Source: Octopus vulgaris
Taxonomy: Eukaryota
Direction of reading: 5' to 3'
NCBI GenBank assembly: GCA_951406725.2
Contig: OX597815.1
Coordinates: 129,084,001-129,148,000 of the forward strand
DNA length: 64,000 nt
Shown one piece after another: positions 52,897 through 64,000 of this stretch. How positions within the stretch are numbered: the stretch's first letter is position 1; each line of letters starts with the position of its first letter. Below the pieces are notes generated by a model that had not been told where the DNA came from, ran no database searches, and saw only the letters and a list, made by a program, of their open reading frames with translations. The translations under genes were made by a program, and so were the position numbers.

Positions 52897-53342
52897 AATT
52901 AAAAATACACATTAAGTACAGGACATTACCATATGTAAACACATGAGAGATAAGTACAGGACGAATACCAAAAAAATACACATTAATACAGGATATCACC
53001 AATGAGTGAAAAATATGTAAACACACAGAGATAAGTACAGGACAAAATACCAAAAGAAGTCTAACTCCTCCTCTGTTGTCAACTGTTTATTACAATCTGT
53101 TTTGAGCATCGGTGAAAGCTTGAAACAGGTAGTAATAAACAATCGACAACTGAGGAGGATTTACACTTTCTTTGGTATTTTGTCCTGTACTTATCTCTAT
53201 ATATTTACGTATTTTCCACTCATTGGTGATATCCTGTACTTATTGTGTATTTTTTTTGTATTTGTCCTGTACTTATCTCCCGTGTGTTTACGTATTTTTC
53301 ACTCGCTGGTTATGTCCTGTACTTAATGTGTATTTTTAATTA
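52897..53342. repeat. Foldback element (arms of about 210 bp with AAGTACAGGA sub-repeats)
   Basis: TAATTAAAAATACACATTAAGTACAGGAC ... GTCCTGTACTTAATGTGTATTTTTAATTA, with centre TTTTGAGC-ATCGGTGAAA-GCTTGAAA at about 53100-53125. Confidence 0.9.
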
Positions 53343-56300
53343 TTTATAATTGAACGCCACATAGAACAATATTCTGCCAAACAGCACATAAGTTTTTTAT
53401 AATCTCACACTTCTTAACTCCATACCTGCCTATTCATCTTTAATTTATTATTAATTCATTGACAGCCTTATATCAACTGGCTGGAACAAAATATACCACT
53501 ATTTTATATACACAACAACCAAATAAGATTTCTTTGGATGAGGTAGATGACTCTCTACTTGCCTCAGTCTAACTATCTGGAAAATAAAGTCTAATCCTAC
53601 TAGTGTTGGCTTTGGGGAAAGCATCCAGTTGTGAAATACCTGCTCCAAGAACACCTGCAAATGTCTGAATCTGCAGATCTTTCCACGATATACCAGCATG
53701 GAAAAAAGGACCTAGAATTAAGACACAAAGGAAAAACTAAAATGTTCTTTTAAATATAAGACACCAATACCTTTCCAAAATTAGTTTTCCAAAATTATGA
53801 TGGCTCCCAGCAACTGTAGACGTAAGTAAGTTACTACAGTTAGTAACAAGTAAAGCAGAAATTGTGAACTAATATCTATGTGAAGTTTATGAATGTCACT
53901 TTGAATGCGAGTTCTAATTGTGTTATTAATCAAAAGCAGATAAAAGCATACCATGACCAGTAAAAAAAAAATGTATGTTAAATAATAAAACAATAATATA
54001 CTCCACAAGAAATTACTTGCTCCTTATGATTTAGATACAACTTGATAACTACATTTAATTACCAACAGACACAACCAGCTTTTGTAATTATGAGTTATTA
54101 CCCTTGCCTTTGGTTTAGTCAAGCACTACCATGTCTATCCTTGATAGATATAATTGCAATTAATGAATGTTATAGTGCTCACCATATTAATTACTTCCGC
54201 ATTTATTTCAACATTTCTTCCGTAGATGAAGCAAAGTTCTTTGTGCTCTACTGCCTCATGCATTTTAATGTTATAATTCAACAGATGGTTTTATAATTCT
54301 AGCTTTTAGATCCAGTCACTGATTAGCATATTTGAGTAAAAAGGACTTTTCTGCTGGCATTTAACTTACTGTTTTCAAATAAAGTCATACACAAACTGAA
54401 CTTCTTGTGGTTTAAAACAAACATAAATCTCAGGAGTCCCATTTATGTGTTGTGCTACACCACTTGCAATTAGTATTCATCAATCAGACTTAACACTAAA
54501 TGCTGGCCTTCCAAAATTCCTTTTGCAGTTTCTGGCACCTAATAATGTATTAGCAGGTATAGCTTATTTTAACTTCTCAATTAGCTGCTTTCTTTTTTAT
54601 AACCCAAACTTCTACATATGACTTTTATTAGAACCACTACTTCTCACTCTTTCTCTTTAACATTTGAAACATTCATTCTGTGGCTGTATCATTAAAAAGC
54701 TTGCTTTGCAGCTGTGTAGTTTTGGGTTCAGTCCCACTGCATAGCATCTTGGGTGAGAGTGTTTTTTATTATGGCTCCCAGGAGCCATAATAATCCTTGT
54801 GAGTGAATTTGGTGTACAGAAACTGAGTGGAAGGCTGTTGCATGCATCTTTGTGTTTGTCATTCCACCACACCATCTGACAACCAAATTTGGTTTGTTTA
54901 CATCCTGTAATTTAGCAGTTTGGCACATAAAAACGAACAAAAAAAAAGCACTAGAATAAGTATCAAACTTGAAAAGGTAGTGCCCTAGCATGGCTGCAGT
55001 CCAATGACTAAGACAAGTAAAAGAAGATAAAGAAGCTATGTCTGAAGTTTAAAAAAAAAACTCAGTTGTTTGACTGGTATTGCTTGAGTACCATAATTGA
55101 TATTGAGTACCATAATTCACATTGATATTGTTGTACTCAAATACTCTTAATTTTGGCTGTATATGTGCAACCAATTTTGACCTACATTTTCTAATAACAT
55201 CCTAATAATGTGGAACTGAACCATATGTAATTTCTTCTGTAAAAATCATCCTCTGAATTTTCTCCTATCTACTTAAAAAACACAAAGTTACAGACAGAAA
55301 GGGTATGTAAAACAAGGTTTCAATAATATATTTGTCTAACCCACGCTATCATGGAAAAACAGACGCAAAAATTAACGGAAAGGTTCATTAAAATAAAAAT
55401 ATCCGTTTTAAACTAGTGAAATAATACCAAAATGATGATAATCTTCTCCATTTTGAGATGAACTGAACAGTCTACATTTCAATTCAACAAACCTCATTGT
55501 AATTAATAAAATATAAAATATTTAATTAATGAACACAAATAATTTTGCTATTTGTAATGTGTTTAACTTGAAAAAGTTATAATCTTAAGACATGAGCAGT
55601 TGCCCAGGAACCTCACAGGTCTAGTAGCACGATCATGATCAAAGTATGCTGTGACATGCTATCAGGTAATAAATATTATAGGTTCTAGTGCAATGATTTG
55701 CCCAGGGGCCTAAAATGCTGCTAAGATGATATCAATTTTTAACACAACACCATACATTTTGTGGGAGGATGAAGTTGATAAAATTGTCCAAAGCATAATC
55801 AAACACTGCAAAGTCTTTTATTTTTCTGATGTTCCACCACTTACTGATCTTTAGAATACTATAATATAGTTCTGTGAACTCTTTCAAGTCAACAAAAAAA
55901 TCTATGTCCAAATCCATTTCACTTCCATAGGTTTTATAAGTTTTAAATTGACAAAATCTGAAATATTACTGTGTAGTAAACATAATGAAGGCTCACAGCA
56001 CTTGTGAATTTGAAATGGTTACTAATATAGTTAGTAAGTAGCTAGCAAAGCAAAATTGCAACTGAAGTCTATGGCACCAGCATTGACTGCTCATTCCATT
56101 GATTTATATCCAAGTAAAAGCAGAAAATAGCAAAACAAAGCACTCCTTAAGAAACCATAACATCACAATACATATATACACACAATATGAAAATTGTTAT
56201 TAAAAATATCTCAGGTATTAACAAATTGGATTGGAAACAACTAATACATGTATGCATATAATATAATGGATTCTGCTGTTCATTTCAAAGTATGAGGGTC

Positions 56301-57024
56301 TAGCAGCACTTTTTGTGTTTTATTTTGTTTTTTGTTTTTAAATCTAATGTCTGTGCTTTATGAGACTTTAATCTAGCCAACAATTTTACAGACAAATCCA
56401 TGAATTGGAACATAAAGGATTGTTATATAAAGTGGCTGGCATGTTAGTTTGAGATTTAATTTATGCTCTCAATTTAAATACCTGAAGATATGGAATCAGA
56501 TTGCCAAGAATTCTAAATTATCTTGTATGAAAAACCTTGTTGCATTGTGAACAAATAATATTCTAATTTCACCCCAGATGAATTTTAAATACAGCTTTTT
56601 CTGGGTTCATTGACAATAACATGTCTTGTATTAATTTCCAATTATTTCGATCTAATTCCTGCATTTCAAACTTTTCTTAAAGTATTTCAATTAACTTAGA
56701 AACGAAAATCAGATAATTTATGATCCATATAAAATGTTTCATGAAAATCAAAATAATGTATTCTCAGATATTCTCATGTACTTCCTTTACAATTTGAATG
56801 AATAGAAAGGATACAAATAGATTTAACCTAAAACACTTTTCACATTTTTTTTTATAAACAAAATAACATTAGCTTTTTTTAATCATAAATGTTTAATTTC
56901 ATTTTTAATTTGGTATAAGTAGAGTTCAGTCTTAAAATAATAAATTTATTTAAAGCAAAGAATCACATCAAATGACATGATATGAGAAAAGGAAATCAGC
57001 AAATAGAAAAAAGTGCCTACTTAC

Positions 57025-57166
57025 CATACAAAAATGCTTTATTTACATGGCCTGCATTCGTATTTTCATATATATTTTCATTCATGTAAGTTTCATTTTC
57101 ATAGATATCTTTGTTATCTCCTTGTATTGCATATAGTATACAGCGGTGGATATATATGTACTGTTC
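57025..57166 (-). CDS. Ptp10D: Receptor PTP exon: end of catalytic domain and YxN tail
   Basis: TTTAG|GAACAG...TATG|GTAAGT; 142 nt encoding EQYIYIHRCILYAIQGDNKDIYENETYMNENIYENTNAGHVNKAFLY plus G. It continues MVQTE-EQY in phase 0. Confidence 0.93.
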
Positions 57167-58230
57167 CTAAACAGAGTAAAAATATACAATATCAAAAATA
57201 ATGACTTATTAGGAATTAATCAGGAATAAAGACATAGGAAAGTACAATTAAGTATATTGCCCAAGAGACAATACTACGCTATCCACTTGGAGGAATTCAA
57301 ATCTTATCTAATTGGCTATTTCATCTTTCAGGCAAAGATAATGACTTCTCATACAGGTACAAGTTCATATACTATAATCATCATCATTTAATGTATTTTT
57401 TCTGCTTGTGTGGGCTGAATGATTTGACAGGAGCTGGCAAGCCAGTGAACTGCATTGAGCATCAATGTTTGCTTTGGCAAGGTTTCTGCAGTTGGGTGCT
57501 CTTCCTAACACTAACCTACAAGTGCACTGAGTGCATGTTCATCTTCTTATAGCTTCCTTGAAGCTTCTAAAATGAAGTGAAAATTTATTTGGGAAAGAAT
57601 TTGATATGTTTATGTAGACAGTTTAGAGAATCATATCTCATTCTAAACATTCCATTTCTGATATGGCTTCTATTGCTGTGTGCCTTCCACTTGACAAAAT
57701 GTGGTGGAGACTTCTATTGTTAATGACAGATGAGGGTTCTACAACTTCTTGCTGGATAATCTGCACAGATGATTTGTTTACAGAGATAAATTGTTTGTGT
57801 TGTACATTAGCTCATTCCCATCAACAAATTGATATTACCTGTACAGGTGCACAGTGTGTCACACATCAGCTGTTGAAGTGATCGCAGAGCAGTGTCAAAG
57901 GAAGTATTTTGTTCAAGAGTACAACACACTGCCCAGTCCAGGAATTGAAACAATGATTTTGTGCTCATAAGTGAAACACCCTTACCACTAGGCCATATGC
58001 CTTCACTAGTGCTGTAGAGATATTTTATCACAGCATCAATACTAGAAAGGTCATCATGTATTCAGATAGACTAAACAACCTCAACCTTATACTTTCTCTG
58101 CTCATTTGCTAACCATTTTACTCAGTGTACTGGGTGTACTTTATCATGACACCAGTAATTTTAACATTGCCTTGTGTTCTGCAAGACTAAAGAATCCTCA
58201 ATACTCTAGAGTATCTCTTTTCATTCAAGG

Positions 58231-58595
58231 CAGTGGTTCTCAAACAGGAGCCATATAAGATTTTGTCATTAAAATTTATGTGCAGTAAATTGGTTTTACA
58301 TACAATACACAAAAAATTTTAACAATTTTTTAATAGAATTCCTAATGATATTTAATTATAAAAATATAACTCCGTTAAATGTAATTTTTATTTATTCACA
58401 TTGTTTTGAATTAATCATGCATTATCTTATAGCTTCAAGATTTTAATATGACAGTTTATTTTTAGAATGACATTGTAGGGTAGGTGTGAGAGGTCAGTTT
58501 AAATACTAAGTCAAACATCAAATGACAAGGAAATTCCACCTGAGGAAAATAGAAATCAAAGGGGTTCATAGGAAAAAAATGGTTGAGAATCACTG
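58231..58595. mobile_element. hAT (Charlie-like) MITE with 8-bp TSD
   Basis: TIRs CAGTGGTTCTCAAAC and GGTTGAGAATCACTG. Flanks ATTCAAGG (58223-58230) and ATTTAAGG (58596-58603). Confidence 0.75.
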
Positions 58596-58880
58596 ATTTA
58601 AGGTAACATGACAAGAAAAAGAGAGTGCTGACAGAAGAACTAAAGTAGATGGATGAAGGAAAGTTAAAGAATGATGGAGAAAACAGTGACTTGACTGAGA
58701 AAAGAGTTATGTAATAGATATAGTGCTGGAGCAGCAGTATGACAAGAGAAACAAAGTGATGGTACAGTAGATAGTGGTGTTGCTGTCTTTTTTTATTAAA
58801 TTTGGAAAAATTGGAATACAAACTAAATAAATGAATAAACATAGCAATAAATTTGAATAAAACAAAGAAACAAATCATCA

Positions 58881-59036
<156 letters not shown>

Positions 59037-60066
59037 TTAAACAACAGAAAAAGTGAATTACAATTCAATTACAAAATTGCTATTTTTTTTTTCTTTAGTA
59101 ATTTCATGTGAGATTCTACTACACCACATCTCTGTGTTTCTGGTGTGTGTAACATTGTGTTCTTATTTTTGTGGGAGAGTGAAGACTCTTCCTGGAGGTG
59201 TCTATATCAGTTTGTTTTGTTAGTTATTGGGCATTGCATTGACCAACCTCTACCTTAAATTGCTGGTCTTAATCAGAAACCTTATAAATAGCAATGGGAT
59301 GGCACAATTGTTAGAGCATTGGAAAAAATACTTTGTGGTATTTGTTCTGACTTTTTACATTTGGAGTTCAAATTTCACCAAAGTCAACTTTGCCTAAAAA
59401 AATGTATCTGTAAAGTTGATAATAGCAACTAACCTGCTCTCCTTTAAAACTGTTGGCCTTGGGCCTAAATCAGAAATGCAGGATGGTAGATTGGTAGAAA
59501 CTTTAGAATATTAAGAAAATGATTTGCAACATTTCTTCGTTCACTTTACATTCTTTTCTGATATCTTAGTGAGGTCAACTTTGTATTTCATCCTTTTGGG
59601 GTCAATAAAATAAAGTACCATCAAGTACTTAGGTTGATGGTATCAACTAAACCGTATCTTAATCTACTGACCTTATTCTAAGTCAGAAACCATTATTATA
59701 ATTTCTATTATTATTGACTCAGTATTGGTTTTATATCCTGGTAGAATTTATGTCAGTAGCAGGTTACTACCTGTAACCTTAGATATTCACATGATTTCAA
59801 TAACCCCTTAAGTACTTAAAACCCTTCTGATGATCTCTCTTGTTCCTGAGAGACAAACTTTCTGTAAATGCTCAACAGTACATTCCATTCTAATTTACTT
59901 CAACCATTTGTCTGTATCATTATTCACAGTTCCTAGTGCACCACTTATCACAGGCACAACCATTTACAGGCTTCATATTCCAAATTCTCACAATCTCAAA
60001 TTTTAAGGATTGTATTTTCTTAACTTTTCATCATCTTTATTCACAATTCTGGAATCAAATTGACAT

Positions 60067-60207
60067 AATTTACATTTGACAGATATTTGTCCTCATCTTG
60101 TTTATTAACACAATGTTTCAGCTGATATACCCTCCAGCTTTCATCAGGTGTCTTGGGGAAATTTTGAACCTGGGTTCTCATTCTTAAGGTAGTTTTCTAT
60201 GTTGTTG

Positions 60208-60269
<62 letters not shown>

Positions 60270-60420
60270 ATTACTACCTGGAATCAAACTCGGGATCTTG
60301 GGGTTAGCAGCTGCTAACCAGTACTACCTGATAGAAACATTGTGTTAACAACAAACAAGATGAGGACAAATATCTGACAAATGTAAATAATGTAAATAAT
60401 TCCTCATCTCTTAAATATAG
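60067..60420 (-). mobile_element. SINE-like element: tRNA-like head, (AAT)n, hammerhead and inverted terminal arm; 10-bp TSD
   Basis: TSD AAATTGACAT (60057-60066) and AAATGGACAT (60421-60430). B-box-like GAGTTTGATTCC at 60280-60291 (minus). Inverted arms at 60068-60119 and 60334-60388. Confidence 0.8.
60107..60152 (-). ncRNA. Minimal type I hammerhead ribozyme motif
   Basis: Minus strand reads GACAC-CTGATGA-A-AGCTG-gagggtatat-CAGCT-GAAA-CA-TT-GTGTT. It has the canonical CUGAUGA/GAAA core, stem I GACAC/GTGTT and stem II AGCTG/CAGCT. Helix III has CA where a palindromic CG would be expected. Confidence 0.8.
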
Positions 60421-62246
60421 AAATGGACATGATGGGTTAATCAGAAAGAAAATTCTCTTTTCCTTGTCTATTATTGTTATATCTGGATCATTATTCTCTA
60501 TCCTGTTATATGTTTGAATTGGAAAATCCTATAAAATTTTGCATCTCATGAGCTCAAGCACTCTTTTAACCCAATGATTATACCAAGTACTTCCAGCTTC
60601 AAACCTCCATTTCTGACAAAGCTTCCAGTATAAAACTTTCACAACTTAGTCACACCTCCATTTCTTATATTCCCTATGAATCAAATTGGGACATTCTGCA
60701 ACAATGTGTGCCATTGTTTCATCCTGAATTCCCCATACTCTACATTTTGATAACACTTCTCTCTATACACTTATTTTCTCAAGTTGTTTGTAACACTTAA
60801 TCTTGAGCTGTTGTATAATAAGGTTCTCTGTTTCTTCTTTCAATTACCCTTTTTCCAACCAAACTCAGGATTTTGTTCCACATACATCCTCAGTGGCTTA
60901 CCAAAACTGACTATCCAAAAGTTTCTCATCATTCTTGTCCTTTTCTTCTATTCCACAATTGATCACCTGTTCTTTATTCACTGCCTTTAGTAACTTCTCT
61001 GTGCTGTTCTGTAAATAATCTAGTAGACTTTTTTCTTTCCATCTGTACACACTCTTCCACAGCAATTAAGCCTCATCTATCCTATTCTCAGTTTAACTAC
61101 AACCAGCTAACATCAACTTTCAGATGATGGGCACTATACATAATCATGCTGAATCTCCTCGAGAACTAAGTTAAGGGTGTGTGTGTCTGTGGTATTGCTC
61201 AGCCATTTGCATGCTAATTTCCCAAGCAGTCTGTTTCAATGATCAAATCAACTAGAATACTCATTGTCATAACTGATGGAGAGCTCAGCCAACAGCTTTC
61301 TAGTTTTTCAGTCAAGTTTCTGAAAGTTCCTTTTTTGCCCAATCCACAATACTAGTTCCATATCAAGATAACCAGCAGTTAAACCTCAAACATTTTCATC
61401 TAACTTGAATGACTTAAAATTAAATGAATGAAAACTGAAACATAAACACATACAACAACAAACAGAAAGAACAACAAAATCTAAGAACCAGAATAATTCT
61501 CTGATCTGCCAGAGATAGCAGCCAAATCTCTCCTTTCTACCTCAAAATCACATTCTGTTGTCTTCAAAAATGAAGGACACATTGTATAGTATATTCTGAA
61601 GTACACTAAGCATGGGAGAAAAATAAAAAAAAAAAGCTAGAATGAACATGGCTGAAATACTTTACTAACAACAGTCGATCAGGGATGACCAGGAGCTAAA
61701 AGCAGCACCAAAAACATACAGCATAGTTGTATGGTAAGAAGTTTGCTTCTTAACCACATGGTTTTACACTGTGTAGCAACATGAACAAGTGTCTTTTATT
61801 GTAGGCCCAGACCAACCAAAGCATTGTAAGTGAATGTGGTAAACAGACACTGAAAGATTCCTGATGTACATATGCACGTATCTTTGTGTTTCTGTCTGTT
61901 ACTCCATTATTTGACTACCAGTGTTAGTTTAATTACTCATATCTTAGTGGTTCTGTAAAAGAGGCTGATAATATAAGTACCAGACTTTAAAAAGAAAAAC
62001 ACTAAGTTCGATTTGTTTGACTTTATGGTGATGTCCCATGATGGCTGCAGTCCACTGAATGAAACAAGTGAAAGATAAAATCTAAGACAATTCAATGAAA
62101 CAATTAAAATATTAAAAGTTAGAAGAAAAAGCAATATATTGAGTTTATAAATCAAAAACACTTCAGAAAACAAATACACTGATTAGAAAAAAATTTTCCT
62201 AAGGTATGTTTCATAACTAATCAAAATGTAAAAGCATAATTCTCAC

Positions 62247-62395
62247 CTGCAGTGTATCACAAGAGGCCCAATGTTTTGCAATTTATTACGCACAAGCCTG
62301 ACAAATGTAATAATTGATTGAGGGTTGCTTGGAACGCCAAAGTCTGGCCATGACGTGAAGTGAAAATGATGTAAATGTCTGGTTACACGGTCTGG
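62247..62395 (-). CDS. Ptp10D: Receptor PTP exon: WPD loop and catalytic HC; the gene continues beyond the right edge of the window
   Basis: CTCTTGCAG|CCAGAC...CTGCAG|GTGAGA; 149 nt encoding PDRVTRHLHHFHFTSWPDFGVPSNPQSIITFVRLVRNKLQNIGPLVIHC plus AG. WPDFGVP with a single PTP domain and short tail fits the R3 (PTP10D/PTPRB/PTPRJ) subtype. Orthology is inferred. Confidence 0.96.
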
Positions 62396-63290
62396 CTGCA
62401 AGAGGTTAGAATAAAAAGAATGTACCAATACACATCTATGTTTATGCCAATACTGTCATTTTATGTTTGCTTTCCAAGCTGGCACTGCTGCTCTTTCAAA
62501 TGAGTTAAGGAGTACATCTCACTAGTAAGTTTAATCTGTGGCTTGATTTTTTGGCTGGAAGCCCTTCCAAACACATATCATTTTAGTATAGTGAGGACAT
62601 CTTTATGTGGCACCAAGACTGTTGAGGCTGGTATGTCTTTGATAAGGCTAAAGAGTCCCCTCAAGCCCAGACTTCACAGTATATGTATATATACATACAA
62701 ATACATGTGTGTGTATATATATATATATATATTCCATGTCAGCATGGAAAATGGCTATTAAATGAGGATAATGAAAACATATGTATATATACACATAATC
62801 ATCATCATCATTATTTAACATCTGTTGTTCATGATGGAGTGGGCGGGAAGGCTGCACCAGACTCCAGTTTGAATTGGTATGGTTTCTATAACTGGATGCC
62901 CTTCATAACGCCAACCATGCCAAACATATATATATATATATAAAATACAAATAAGAAAATGGAGAAACAAATTTAGTTTGTTCATCATCTTTCAGATACA
63001 AAATGTTGAATTATTTATTCATTTAACAAAATGAGAACCTTAATAGCATACATATATATCTTATAATTCAATACATATAAGATAAGAATACAAATTATAA
63101 TATAAATTATTGAAATCCTTAAAATCACTTCTTACAGCTGTTATGTATATATATGTGTGTGGCTGTATCTGTATGGATGGAATAATATGTAAATATGTGT
63201 CTGCATATATATATTTGTATGTAACTTTTGCATATGTATGTGTATATATGTATGTAGGTATATATATGTATATGTATGTGGATATATGTG

Positions 63291-63322
<32 letters not shown>

Positions 63323-63344
63323 GCTGTATATGTATGGATGGAGT

Positions 63345-63755
63345 AGTGCAGGAGTGGCTTTGTGGTAAGTAGCTAGCTAACCAGCCACATGGTTCCGGGT
63401 TCAGTCCCACTGCGTGGCATCTTGAGCAAGTGTCTTCTGCTATAGCCCCAGGCCGACCAATGCCTTGTGAGTGGATTTGGTAGACGGAAACTGAAAGAAG
63501 CATGTCGTATATATGTATATATATATATAAGTGTGTGTGTATATGTTTGTGTGTCTGTGTTTGTCCCCCTAGCATTGCTTGACAACCGATGCTGGTGTGT
63601 TTACGTCCCCGTCACTTAGCGGTTCAGCAAAAGAGACCAATAGAATAAGTACTGGGCTTACAAAGAATAAGTCCCGGGGTCGATTTGCTCGACTAAAGGC
63701 AGTGCTCCAGCATGGCCGCAGTCAAATGACTGAAACAAGTAAAAGAGTACAAGAG
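63345..63755 (+). mobile_element. tRNA-derived SINE family A, full-length and relatively young
   Basis: Colinear with the other copies, with CpGs retained and an (AAGAGTA) tail. Confidence 0.85.
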
Positions 63756-64000
63756 TATATATATGTATGTAAATGTATGTATATAAGTGCTCTTAGAGAA
63801 TATATATACATATATGTATTTATTTATACTAATATGTGGTGGAATATATTATAATATATATATATATATGTACTAGTTTATACATGTGAATGTATGGGTA
63901 TATTTATATATGCATGTGCATATGTATGTATGTAGAAATTTATGTTATGTGTGGTTATATATGGATATATATGTTTATCAAACAATAGTACATATGGAAA

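Larger units (their letters stand above)
59810..61140 (-). mobile_element. Degenerate REL-endonuclease non-LTR retrotransposon (R4/Dong/NeSL-like), interrupted at 60067-60420
   Basis: Minus-strand fragments KCRVWGIQDETMAHIVAECPNL..EYKKWR (CCHC remnant), KIL*DFPIQT..IENNDPDITIIDKEK..LINPSCP|FDSRIVNKDDEKL and VPVISGALGTV..LQKVCLSGTREIIRRV. Confidence 0.85.

Noticed and set aside
52910-53330. Regularly spaced AAGTACAGGA repeats resembling a CRISPR array
   Set aside because: The intervening sequences are themselves repeated and mirrored, the context is eukaryotic, and there are no cas genes.

Overview
Repeat-dense, AT-rich animal genomic DNA. The SINE, RTE and microsatellite content resembles Octopus or another coleoid cephalopod; this is inferred from recalled repeat families, not from a search. 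The host gene is on the minus strand and is largely missed by the ORF track: the last four coding exons (62395-62247, 59019-58884, 57166-57025, 35194-35163) of an R3/PTP10D-like receptor tyrosine phosphatase. They splice in frame with GT-AG introns and encode the WPD loop, [10 protein letters not shown], the Q-loop and a YxN-rich tail. Mobile DNA includes a Tc1 remnant, a near full-length CR1-clade LINE, a young Gypsy element with a deleted PBS, an older internally deleted Gypsy element, a mariner, a non-autonomous Helitron, REL-type and RTE LINE remnants, a hAT MITE and many tRNA-derived SINEs. The most unusual signal is a set of unrelated short elements carrying minimal type I hammerhead-ribozyme folds, often arranged as inverted repeats with target-site duplications. 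One combines a tRNA/Pol III-like head with a hammerhead; another has a G3:C8 covariant core. The phosphatase stop codon also sits inside an in-frame 33-nt tandem duplication. There are no prokaryote-type features, and most short ORFs in the track are microsatellite or antisense artefacts.
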